DNA of 64,000 nucleotides from Zygnema circumcarinatum SAG 698-1b (lineage: Eukaryota > Plantae > Zygnematophyceae), in the NCBI GenBank assembly GCA_037447605.1, contig CM074811.1:2356001-2420000 (forward strand). Reading direction: 5' to 3'. Of this stretch, positions 9,967-22,530 are shown one piece after another. How positions within the stretch are numbered: the first letter of the stretch is position 1; each line of letters opens with the position of its first letter. The translations under genes and the position numbers were made by a program. Below the pieces are notes generated by a model. It was given only the letters and a program-made list of their open reading frames with translations, made no database searches and was not told where the DNA came from.

Positions 9967-12900
9967 ATGGAGCTAACTTATCTCCGCCAGCTGGTGGCGG
10001 CCATTTCCATTTTTGTACTCCTGTTCCTTCCGACGGTCTTGGCAGGTCAAATTTCTCGTGGCCTTAAGAATGCTAATAATGCCCTTTGAAGATTAGCTCG
10101 CTTGTAATGGCTCCATACTGTTATCGACATATGCAGGCGGTTTGTACTTATTTGGTGTGCCCTTGAAAAGGACCTTTGGACAGGGACTGACATGCTTCAT
10201 TTGGCAAATGTTTCTGGAGATTTTATTATCTTAATTAATGGCGATACCTAGTCCGTCGGTGGTGAGCTTTGTGTCTCAGCTTGTCCAATCGAAGTTCCAT
10301 TTTTTGGGCCCGAAATGCGCTAACAATGTTTGCAGGCGTGTTTTCTGGGGATGGACAGTTGACTGTGGTGCGGACCTGCCAGGCTACTTGTACTATGAAA
10401 ATACGGACTATCCCGGCGCCTACACATCAAAAACAGGTTCAAGAACATCTTTAAAGTCGTGCGCAAGATTATGTGCAAACAGCCGGATCTGTCAAGCCTT
10501 TATTTTTTCCCCGAATGCTTCCAATCCTAGTGTAGGAAGATGTTTCTTCAAAAAGACATTGGGGACACCGGTCGCTAAAATGAACACGGCTACATACGTC
10601 GCATGTACTCCGTCTTTGTCATCTCGTAAGTATTTTCTTCCTTTGTACCCTAATTTTCGTCTGGTTTCCAATTTGTATTCGAGTGCAGATCCGCGAGAAA
10701 CAGGCAGCTTGTTGATGTAGCTGAATGGTCGCGCAAAATGTTTACTTTTGGTCTTGTTGAAAGCAGCTGCACGTGCTTTTCAACCCGGCTTGTCTGTCCG
10801 TTTCTACTTACTGATGAAGCTCTTAGCATGCTGTGATTTTTGCATCATTTGCTGGTTCCAACTTCAGCTTTAAATTCCTTTAGTGTTGAGTAAGTTGACA
10901 CTCGGAACTGTGGCAGCCATCTGCAGTGCGACCGAGGAAAAGTTTCAGCTGTATGCGAATCGATTGTTCAAGGGCGCTGATTACAGGAGTCAGAAAGGAA
11001 CTGCTACCGCTTGCACTCTAAGTTGCAGACGAGATTCGAAGTGTCGAGCAGTCTCCCATGATCTCATCTCAGGTGTCTGTTCCTTCAAAAGGGCCATTCC
11101 TACGGAGCAGAAACCGTACGTGGACCTAAATACGTATGTGAAATGCGATCCGGGTGAGTGAATATGAATCTCTGACGTCAGGTTTACCAGCCTCTTTCGC
11201 TCAAGCTTTGTGCACAGTATGCTTGACAATTAGTAGCGTCTGATAAGCGAAACAGCTGAACGGCGTGGTCTGATAGTTACTGTTATCGTGTTTTTTTATC
11301 CCGGGCCATACTCCTATTTCTTACCTTTTAGTGAAGAACTTCACTGCCGAACCTCGGGTTCTGCTATTTACGAAAAAAAATAGAACCGGGAATAATTTTG
11401 CTGAAAATTATGTCGAAACTGAGTGAGTGACTCAAATAGTATAACTTGTAAGTTATCTTAATGAAAAACCTTCCTGACTTCGGCAGGAGACCCTGATCAC
11501 CTTTCAACTGTATGTCACTGATTTGAGAAAAAATGAAGGATTTTTAATGTCTGCGAATTTTACGTTTGTGTAGCACACATTCACCATAAAATTTGGGTTG
11601 AAGATCCACAAATGGAAACATATATTTTGTCCCTGGAGTTGTATAATTTCTCAGCCTACCTTCAATCCTCGTCTGTCATTCATCCCGCATCCCTGTATCT
11701 GTAAACTCGGCAAGTATAGTCTGTCGCCCTTCGACTTTTTGGCAGGGACTAAAACCAAACGGGCATGCTTTGCAGGTCCCTCGACCTTCAATATTCTTCA
11801 TTTTAATGACATACACTCGCGGATAGAGCCAGCTGATAACAATGGCGTGCTTACCTGTACTTCTAATGCAGGTCAGGCCTAATAAAGGTTGCTCTTTCCC
11901 GTTATGCATACACAGAGAGAGAGAGAGCGAGCGAGAGAAAGAGTGAGATACGGCGATAGCGAGCGAGAGACAGGTCGAGATAGATAGAGAGAGTGCGAGC
12001 GAGAGAGGGAGTGCCCCACCTCGAGCCCTTGCGGATAGTCTTTTTCCCATAATTACTTGAGCTTTCGTCCATTTTCCTAATTTCGGTTCTGTTGCTAACT
12101 GAAGGAGGGATGAGGGATTTTCTTCGGAGCTAGCAGACTGGAGCTGTAACTGAGCGCTGAAGCTGTGATTTTGACTAGAATAAAAATACATTGTTCTCTT
12201 GGGTTACAATGAAGCGCCTTTGGACCTGCGGTTAACACGGGCGTACTGGTTCGCAGACCTATGCTATGGTGGCTTTGCTCGATTATCCACTCTGGTAGAT
12301 GCAACTCGAGCGGAGGGGCCAACACTTGTCCTTGATGCGGGTGATGAGTTTGTTGGCACTCTTTACAGCTACCTTTATCGTGGCCTTGAGGCCTACACTT
12401 TCCAAAACTACCTCAACATCGATGCCATGGTGGGTGCAAGAGTCCGCTTTAATTTCTTTTGCCTATAACAACCCAAGCAATTGAAAATTTCGACCTTTTT
12501 GGCATGTCAAGGTAAGGAGGCACCTTCCTTAATCCCTTATGATTAGAGCTGGTGGATAGAAGTTCGAGCTCAGTAATGTAAATTTTGAGATACGACTACG
12601 TACTAAGTACAGTACCGCAGACATTCAGATCAACATCTGCAACACCAGTTCTATGATCTGAACATCGTATCCCTCAAGCATTTTAAGTCATAGGTCCAAT
12701 AAAAATCACCAGAACCTTGCACTTCTTTCCTTTTGGAATTAACTCGTGGTTTCATATTTTGTGTTTTTCTCTTCATTTCTTCATTCCTCCCCGAAAAAAA
12801 TCACAAATGTGTTTGTCACTAACTCGAGCACATGGTGCTCTCCACATTCCCAGACGCTCGGGAACCACGAATTTGACTATGGGCCGGCAACTCTCGCTTC

Positions 12901-15900
12901 ATACGTCAAGAACCTCACGTTCCCTGTGACCACGTGCAATGTCGTCCCCAAGCAGAACAGCGAACTGTATGGACTCGTGAAGCCGGGCCCGCTGATTGTC
13001 ACACTTAAGATGAAGAGCGGCAGCTTGGTGAGGGTCGGCATTGTGGGATGGACCATCCCCACCACTCCGAGCCTATCCAGCCCCGGACCCAACATAGACT
13101 TTTTGCCCCTCGTGTCCTCTGTCCAAGCGTGCGTGGACCAGTTGGAGAGTCAGGGGGTGGAAATCATCATCGGACTTGGGCATGCGGGTCTGCAAGATGA
13201 TGGAGACGTTCTGGTCGCCAAAAATGTGAGAGGTGCGTACTTGCTGCTCGCCTCAATTTCATGCATGCTCTTTCGTCCACTTTACAACTGTGTTTTAAAG
13301 AATGCCACATCCAGGTGATTCAACGCAAAGGTGGACTAAAGCCTAAGCCTCCCATTTCTTTTCTGCTGCTTTTGCTTTGAGGAATTCTCACTCTAGTTTG
13401 GTCGACGACATGCGAGGATCCCGATAACTATGTCGCCATTGGTAGTCTTATAATGCTGTGGTAGCTTCGTCATGCATCTCATCCGTTTTTATCTCTCTTC
13501 TCTTGCTTAGTTCCAGAGGAAAGCCAACTGCAACTGGTCAATCTGAAATTTCTCACTATTTCTTCAATAGAGTGGCCGAGTTTGTGTAGAGAGAGTTGAG
13601 TTGAGTGAGAGGTATTCTGCACAGGGGTTTATTGTCCTTTTGTATGCCTTTGGTTTTACTGTTTCTGTGACTACCGAGATGTCTTCGATGCCGCTACATT
13701 CCCAGCATCCTCCTGTTAGCCTTCGTTCTTCCTCCATAGACTTTTTGATCCCAATTCTAAGGGAAACAAGTCTTTTAATCTATCGCATCATTTTTGGACT
13801 CCGGAAGAGGCCTTTGGATGAATTTCAAGGCTGAGTGGGAGCTTTGAGTGTGCCAAAACCAACCAACTGTCCCCCCCTGGAATGGTCAGAGGACGTTCGA
13901 TTCGGGTTTCTCTTGAAGTCCTTCATGCGTAAATTTTTGAGAGGATGGCAGGTCTGGACCTTGTGATCGGCGGGCACAGCCACACCTTCCTCTACAACGG
14001 GACGGGGCCAGTCCTCAACCTCAACAACCTCGCCACGCGCGACACTCCTTTGCTGCCAGACTTCACCTACCCATACCCTGTTGTAGCGGACTATGACTCG
14101 TCAGTGGTGGTGCCCTACTACCAGGCCTACTACGCGAGCAAGTAAGCGATGCAGTTACTTTTCTTTACCGATATGCCTGTCTCCTTGCATCGACAGCAAA
14201 ATTTTATGGTATAGGAAGATGTCGAAGTGTTCGTCAAATAATATTTTTCTTCTGGTGCATCCTCAGAGAGGCATGCGTTGCTTTGCTGAAATGCGCAATG
14301 AATTGAAGACATCAGTGTGATGGCTTTATTAACACAGTGTTTATGGATTTTCGTGGGTGCAATTGCTCTTGCATTCAGTGGTCGTATTCAATCAGCTGAA
14401 GAATCCATTGGTTTTGAATTGAAATTACGTGGAAACTTCTATCCTGCAGGTATATAGGTATCATCTCTGTTACATTCGACAGCTCCGGGAACTTTGTCAG
14501 CAAGTCTGGCTATCCCATTCTGCTTGGGGGCAAGAACAGCTCCAACAATGTGGAACAGGATCCAAACGTTACAGCACTGGTGGACACATTGGCTGGTCCA
14601 TTGGCTGCTTTCCGTAGCACCGTTGTTGGGTCGTCAAGTGTGTTTTTGAATGGCGTCAGAGAGGTAGTGCGGACTATGGAGAGCAACATGGGAAATCTTA
14701 TCACTGTAAGCACCAATACTACATTCCCGTGGGTGCCGAATAGGCCGAATAGGCAAACCCTTCAAAACTACCTGACTGCCCGAGGCTCCTTGCTGCTTCT
14801 TTCAGTGCACCATAGCATCATGCATCGTTTTCAAAGTGGTTGCATATACGCATATGAAACTGAACAATACTCAGACGACCTTCCGTTAATGAATATGTAT
14901 CCATCGCATTTACCAATTTTCTACATTTCGCCTCTGCAGGATGCACTTCTATGGGAAATAAAGCGGAATCCTAGCTTTGAAGCCAACTATGGTCCCATCG
15001 ACATTGCGATTACCAATGGCGGTGGTATTCGCAGTCCTATCAGTGCCGGAGACATCTCTGTCGGAGCCGTCATCACGGTGCTGCCATTTGGCAATGTGCT
15101 GGCGATCAAGAAGGTGACAGGGGCCCAGCTGAGAAGCATACTCAGTGCGTCAGCTGACAAGTGGAGCACCGCGAGTCCTAATGGCGGTTTCTTGCAGGCA
15201 AGCAACCGTGCTCTGATTTGAACTTGCTTGATCAAGCACTCAACCGTGGGCTGTTTTTGGCACTCAACTCACTCTGTTTCAAGGAAACTAGGATAACCGA
15301 GGGCGTAGATGTGCAATTGGTCTAACAGGCTCCGACCTACTTGACTAACTGCATTTATTTTTCCTTATTGGATTCGCACACACACGGCAGGATTATAAAA
15401 CTCGTTTCATAGTATGCAATGTTGTTTCTCCTCCAGGTGTCTGGCGTTTATTACGCATTTGATACCAACCAGGCGGCAGGGGCTCGCCTCCTTGAAGCCA
15501 AATTGTTGAATTCGGTGACCAAATGCCTGTCACCTATTGTGGACTCCACTTTATACAATGTCGTAACAAACGACTTCACTGGCAATGGTGGTGATAACTA
15601 TCCTGATTTGAAAGCAGCACCCACAGTCTTCGCCTCAGGCCGTGTGCTCAGTGACATTGTTGGTGACTATATTGGAGCTTTCTCTCCTGTCAGCCCGACT
15701 GTGGAGGGACGCATTCGTGTAATCAGTGGGACACCATACACATCTACACCAACGTGCTACTCATCAGAAACGTGCCAGTTAACACCGAGCTCCTACCTTT
15801 GCACTGCTGGTGAGGGTCTTGGACTTTTTCAGTCTCTTGATGTGAGACACAATGGAGCTGTTTATCGAGAGGGGACCACTTCGATCTACCGAACGCACGA

Positions 15901-18900
15901 CTTGATGCTGAAGTTCAATGAAAATGCGTCTCAACAATTGTTTCATGTTATACCTTTCCAAATCTAAAAGAGCTGTCCCAGATACTTGACATGGAAATGC
16001 GGCGTTGCCCTTTTACAGTCGGGGTACTGGCAAGAATTGCTTATATTTGTTCCATCGTCTGCTGGCTGGCAGGTCCCGACACAGTCCAAACATTCACCAT
16101 CGTTCACTATAATGACATCCACTCTCGCGTTGAGCCGGCTGACAACTCAGGAGCGTTGACCTGCGCGTCTAATGCAGGTTTGCCGATAAATGCTTTCGGA
16201 ACCTCACTACCACATGTTTTCCCACTCTGTTTCGTTCTCCCATGACACTTGTTTTTGTCGGCTGTCTAGGTTATGGATTACAGAGGATGATTCTCAAATC
16301 GGTTTCCTTCCCCGCCCCTCCCTCCCCCAACCCCCCTTCCTTTACCCCTTATTCATTGCTTCAGGTGCCTGGTTTGTAGACTTCTAAATATCCAGTTACA
16401 CCAATATATTCTGATGGCCTTCGCAATCGATACTGACGCGCCCCGGTGCTCCTATTCCACCACTGCAGTTTGCTTGACTGTTTGCCACTGAGTAGATTAC
16501 AGACTTCTTGTAGTGCTGATTTTTAACGAACTAGATGCATTTATCGATTCACAGAATCTCAGTTTATGAGTCAGTTGCGACCTAGAAAATGGTCTCCCTA
16601 CTTCGAGAAGTGGAACTTGCAAGCGTTTCTGTTCATCGTGTACTAAAGGTTTACTTGACCGCTCAATGCATGGCTCGCCAGATCTCTGCTATGGAGGGTT
16701 TGCGCGACTTTCAACGGTTGTCAGTGAAGCTCGGGCAGAGGGCCCGACCTTGTTGTTGGATGCGGGAGACCAGTTTGTGGGCACTCTGTACAGTTATCTG
16801 TATCGTGGAGCAGAGGCCTACCCCTTCCAGAACTACATGAAGACTGATGTTATGGTGAGTGGACTGAGGCAATTTCACATCCATGTGCTCCTGATGTTGA
16901 TTATGGCACATTGGCTTTCTCAATTGGCGACCCAATGGACGCCTGCTCCATGCCAGTATAGTCATGTTGTCACAGTGCTTCCATAGGTTCTGGCTCTCCT
17001 TGCTGTCGCCTGCAAAGCTGTCTTCGTTTTTTTTTATTTCTTCTTTGGTTTGGCCTATTCCAGACTCTCGGCAATCACGAGTTCGACTACGGGCCGGAGG
17101 GGTTGGCTGCGTACCTCAGAAACCTCACCTTCCCTGTGGCCACCTGCAACGTCGTCCCCAAGGCGAGCAGTGTCCTGTACGGCCTTGTGAAGCCGGGCCC
17201 TGTCGTGCTCACCCTCGCCATGCCGGACGGGTCCGCGCTGAAGGTCGGCATCGCCGGGTGGACCATCCCCACCACTCCGAGCCTGTCCAGCCCCGGACCG
17301 GACATCGACTTTCTGCCGCTCGTGGCCTCCGTCCAAGCGTGCGTGGACGACCTCAAGAGGCAGGGGGTGGACATTGTCATCGGATTGGGCCATGCGGGTC
17401 TGCAAGATGACGGAGACATCCTGGTCGCCAAGAATGTACCGGGTGAGTCTGCACGTCTTTGTATTTTGCTGGGCCACCCGCAAGATAAGACGCAATGTCG
17501 AGAACTCAACCGGTACAGTTGACCAACCTCAGGAGGTATTCTTCGTCGGTGTGGCCGCTTCACTAGCACTTTGTATTTGATTTCTTATAACCATAGGAGC
17601 AGAGCAAGGGTCACGAATCTGGAGGAAGGAAAGTTACATAGAATAGCCCGAGGTATGCATTAGCCGAGGTTATGTTACTGAGTGGAAAGTACAGCCATCG
17701 CAAATCCTTGGCACTCTATCTTCTACTTGAGGGCAACTGTGTCCTACGCGGCCATGAAACCCTCTTGCGAACTTTATAGCCTGCCCTTGAGTAGGGCATG
17801 ACAGGTCCTGGGAGGAGGTGGCAGGTTTGGACCTTGTGATCGGTGGGCACAGCCACACCTTCCTCTACAACGGGACGGGGCCAGTCCTCAACGTCAACAA
17901 CCTCGCCACGCGCGACACTCCTTTGTCGCCAGACTTCACCTACCCGTACCCTGTGGTGGCGGACTATGACTCCTCAGTGGTGGTGCCCTACTACCAGGTC
18001 TACTATGCAAGCAAGTGAGATAACTTCTGCTGCTCCTCATTTGCCATTATGATTATACGCACTGACAAGCGGCAAACGAAGGAATACCTTCATTCTGATG
18101 CTCAGCTCTGTACACGAGAATGAGTTTGTGAGGTTAAGGCTGACATATGATTCTTCGTCGGCAGGTACGCAGGCAAAATTTCTGTCACTTTTGACATCTC
18201 TGGCAATATTGTGAGCAAGTCCGGTTATCCTATCCTTCTTGGTGGCCAGAACAGCTCCAACAATGTCGCATCAGACCCTGTTGCTGTTGCCAAAGTGGCG
18301 GAGCTCTCTGGGGCCCTCGCGGCTTTCCGCAGCAAAGTAATTGGCTCCTCTGCAGTGTATCTGAATGGCGAAAGGAGCACGGTGCGGAGATTTGAAAGCA
18401 ATCTCGGCAACCTTATCACGGTAAGTCTCAGGTGCATTTTGGAAAGGATCAATTTCCTCTTGTCGGGGAATTCTTGTATTGTTGTCCCTTACTTTCCTTG
18501 AGCCTTCTGCGAGGATTCCTTTGACCTTCAGTTTTGTAGGTCAGGTTTCTTGGCCCTCCAGCTGACGAATCAAATGTGACGGCCGTCGACCCAGTCCACC
18601 AATAAAGTGGATGGAGATTGGTGTTTTATGCCACTAGCATTTTGTTTGAGAGAGGAGGCAGAAGTGGTGTATTATGCTGGGAAAAGTCCAGATCAGCTAG
18701 TTCGTTCAAGCTTTGGTTAGCCTGAAGAGTTGTTTGATCATGTTTTGGTGAAGGCCGCTGGAGGAAAAAGTAAATGACACTGTTTTCTTTATCTTCTTTC
18801 TTTGTTATTTTCTACTTACCACCATCAGGATGCCATGATTTGGGAGGTGAAGAGAAACCCCAACTTTGAGTTGAATTATGGGCCTATCGATATTAGCGTG

Positions 18901-19822
18901 ATGAATGGAGGTGGCATCCGATCCCCCATTGCAGCAGGCAGCATCACTGTTGGTGACGTCATCACTGTGCTGCCCTTCGGCAATGTGCTCACGATCAAGA
19001 AACTGACAGGGACTCAGTTGAGGGGCGTTCTTACTTACTCTGCCGACAAGTGGAACGCCTTTTCTCCTAGTGGAGGCTTTCTCCAGGCAAGTATTGTGCC
19101 CTTGAGAATTTTCTTCTGGCAAGTCTCCATGCGTCAGCGGAGATGGCTGTGGTTCAATGGTCAATGTGAAAGCACAGATGCGCAGGACTGCAGTGAAAGG
19201 AATGGCAGATCTCAATTGTAGCGCTGACTGAGTGGAGCAGGCAATGCGCTGCCGGGCATGGTGCAGGTCTCAGGCGTGTACTACGCGTTTGACAACAGCC
19301 TGCCAGTTGGCTCGCGCTTTCTTGAAGCGAAGCTGCTGAACCCCGTCACGAAGTGCCTCTCTCCCATTGTGGACTCCGCGTTCTATAACGTCGTCACCAA
19401 CGACTTCACAGGTGCCGGCGGAGACAACTTCCCTGACTTCGCGGCAGCGCCCACAGTCTTCCCCTCGGGACGCGTTCTCAGCGACATCGTCAACGACTAC
19501 ATCGGCACCTACTCCCCCGTCAGCCCTACGCTGGAGGGCCGCATCCGCGTGGTCAACGGAGCCACGGAGTCCTACACTCTCACGCCGACCTGCACATCCT
19601 CGCAGACGTGCTCCCTCACGCCAACCGCCTACGCCTGCGTCGGCTGTAAGTGTCTTCCTGCCCGGATCTCTCTTTCGGGAGGAGACCCTTCCTAGTGAAG
19701 ATAAAGCGGAAAGTCAGCTTTTTTGTAGGGAATTTTCTTCAAGCAATTTTCTTCTTCTGCTGAGCCTGTCAAGGCAATTCTCCAACCTCCAAACGCCGGG
19801 CCCTGCTGGTTTATGTGCAGAA
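9967..19822 (+). CDS. Gene A: secreted PAN/Apple x2 + tandem 5'-nucleotidase (CD73/UshA family) x2, about 1349 aa
   Basis: Exons 9967-10045 (SP MELTYLRQLVAAISIFVLLFLPTVLA), 10359-10625 and 10917-11153 (PAN, CxxxC..C..C pattern). Module 1: 11776-11871, 12257-12429, 12854-13232, 13952-14141, 14450-14705, 14940-15197, 15437-15809. Module 2: 16073-16177, 16682-16854, 17064-17442, 17825-18014, 18165-18420, 18829-19086, 19267-19645. Stop completed at 19821-19822. Total 4050 nt, in frame. Motifs NDIH, DAGD, GNHEFD, GHAG, GGHSH, NGGGIR, LPFGN, GGFLQVSG and GGD occur in both modules. Confidence 0.9.
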
Positions 19823-20389
19823 CACGTGATCGTCGTCAGCAGGAATAAATGGGCGAGGGGCGAAGGTACGGTTGGATCAAGGTTGGCTTCGTCCTGCGCT
19901 TGTAGAATGATGATAAAGAGGTTAGGTTATCTAAAATGCCCGCAGTGGCTTACAACGGGCGGAGGAGGGGGGGGGGTGGGTGGGTATAAAGCGTGGAGTT
20001 TTTGGGGTGGTAATGGTTTTGATACTTCATTGCCTACTTCCATTTTCTGCGACTATGTAATTATTTTTTGAAGATAGCGCTTTGTTCTAAAATCGAGGTC
20101 ACTGGCATATGTTGGTTGGCATATCATCTATCGAAATGTTGACTGGGCCGCAACTGCTCGCCCTTGTAAGGTTGGCTTGTGTTAGAGGAATACAGATTTT
20201 GGATACGAGTGTGGTTTGTAACCGTGGAGTTCATACGACGTTGTTAGTCACAAAGCTATTTTTGGGATGCCTCGCCTTCTGCAAACAGTCAAAATAAGCG
20301 TCTCAACGCGTGCCTACCTGAAATCTAGCTCGCTTTCCATATTAGAGGCACAAACGTACTGACACATCGATGCCGAGTTCATCGAGAAA

Positions 20390-20580
20390 GGGGAAAATGA
20401 CATTGACCTCACGATGGCGAGGCCATCAAATGTACATAGACAAACGCAGCAGTAGGAACCACGAGGGACTGGTCGCAAGGGACCTAAGCACAAACGAAAA
20501 AAGCAAGGAGCGGAAAACTACGCCTAGGCGCAACAACGCAGCCCTCCCTAGAAGCAGCTGCGAAGGTCACCGATGTGCGG
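20390..20580 (-). repeat. Dispersed repeat family R1 copy
   Basis: Reverse complement matches the copies at 6640-6845, 52135-52296 and 61396-61550. Confidence 0.75.
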
Positions 20581-21289
20581 CACATCGCACGGAGGGAGCG
20601 GCGGAAGACCACCGCCACGGTCACCAACAGTCGAGTTCATCGAGATGTTCGTTGGCGTGCCCATGCCCTTGAGCCCTGTCACGCACTCGGAGTGCCACTC
20701 TACGACTTGTACTATACCGTCGATGCCTTTGCAAGGCCGTCTGAGGGACAGGGTGAGAAATGGGCGAGACTTCAGGGGACTGGACCGGCTTGTAGGAGAT
20801 TGTGGGGCCAGTGGACTAGTAGTTAATCACGAGTAGTTAGTAACCTGGAAAGCTGTTATAAAGTAATTCCTGTTCGCGGTAGTCAGGGACTGAAACAAGA
20901 CTAAGGGACGGACTCGACGATCAATTTGAATAAGATGAGACGAACAAGAAAAAAAAAAAAAAAAATGAACGAACGAGTGGTTTTTAGGGTTTCCAGGTTC
21001 TTGAGGGTCACTTGAGACCACAACAAGGGGAGGGAAGCTCCGGACAAAACCGGGCACCTAAGCAGCTTCATATAAGTACTCGTTTCGAGTCGATGCCGTC
21101 TATCCGCGGAGTACTTGTTCCGGTATCGGCACCTCGCGAGTCGCGACAGCGCGACCGACCCAAAGAAAAGATTCGCAGATTTATGCTCCTCGACGGCAGC
21201 CTTTGTCCTATTGGCACGTTAAGATCTGTACGGTCGGAACATCAGAAGAAAGTACACTAGAGTGATAATACGACAAACTTCGTATTGGT

Positions 21290-22090
21290 GCCAGACAAAG
21301 GAATCAAACGGCCCGCAGGGCATCACGAGGGCATCTTTTGGCGCGACGTGTGACATGTATATGTTTCTGCCCAATCGACGGCCGCCACGTGCCTATCAGC
21401 CACCCTGCCAGCAATTGGATGACACGTGGCAATGCTCGCCGTAGGTTTTGTACGAAGTGGATGTGACGTGGACAGCGTCCCCAGCGACAGCGTGGGTGCT
21501 TTGCGCCACGTGGCGAGTTGCGTCTACGTGGCAGTGACCCACCGACATATCCGGTTCCCACTCGTCGGAAGTTCGCCCGAATTGTGCACGGACGGGCGCC
21601 GCGGCATATGCCGCGTGGCATTGTGAGACCTTGCGGCATCTGCGCGGGGGAGGGAGAGAGAGAGAGGGAGAGGGAGGGAGAGAGAGTGAGGGAAAGGAAG
21701 AGAGTGAGGGAGAGAGAGAGAGAGAGGGAAAGGAAGTGGGAGAGAGGGAGAGGGAGAGGAGGGAGAGGAGGGAGGGAGAGAATACTAGTTGGCAGGCGGC
21801 GAGCAGCGAGAGAAGAGCACGTGGCAGGTCGGCCCTCCCTCCCTCCCTCCCTGCCCCTCCTCTCCCCGTTTTCTCATCTCCACCACCCTCTCTGGCAGCT
21901 GGCCAGCTTTTCCTTTTCCAACTTCTCGCAACGGGGTCACTGTATGTTTTATTTCGACTGCGTTCGATTTTTTTTCACATCCCAACCTCCAACCTCACTC
22001 TTCTTGCATCCGCCCTCTGCATCGCCCGAGTGGTCACGAGTCCTCCTATCTCTTCTGCTTCCTGCCCTTTGGAGTTCTCCTTCTTCCCAT
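21290..22090 (+). repeat. Dispersed repeat family R2 (TE-like, with AG and CT tracts)
   Basis: Shares GGCATCTTTTGGCG, GGCAGGCGG...AGAGAAGAGCAC.TGGCAGGTC.GCCCTCCC and CGCAACGGGGTCACTGTATGTTTT with about 31930-33030. Confidence 0.65.
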
Positions 22091-22530
22091 TAGAGAGGTC
22101 CCGCGCTTGAAGTTTAGCGGTTTAGCGCATTCGGCCGCAGCATTGAGTAGATAATCAAAAGCATCCGGTTCATCTGCAAGTCACTTACAATTATCACGCA
22201 GTAATAATCCGAGCATGCAAGGCTTGCGAAATTCCCCCAATATGGAAACGGGCTGTATGCACATTATCAGGCCTTAATCTGGTGAAGCAATGCTGGACAA
22301 GTCAAGTCTGTTCCAGCAGAGCATCAAGGGCTTATGCAAGCTTGAGCAAATATCTTTTACTTTTTCCCTAAACTATCTTTTTCGCATGCTCTTTGGTGGC
22401 TGGAAGTACGTCACTGGATGATGAATCTGAATATATTTTTAAGGAATCCTAATTATCGGAAAAATCAAGAAAATTCATCACCTGCTAAGGCATTCTTTCT
22501 GTGGTTGTGCTTGTATGCAGAGTTTTGAGG

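Noticed and set aside
19646-19695. Read-through tails such as CKCLPARISL as true C-termini or GPI signals
   Set aside because: They are not conserved among paralogues beyond the GTAAGT donor. A spliced stop fits all three genes.
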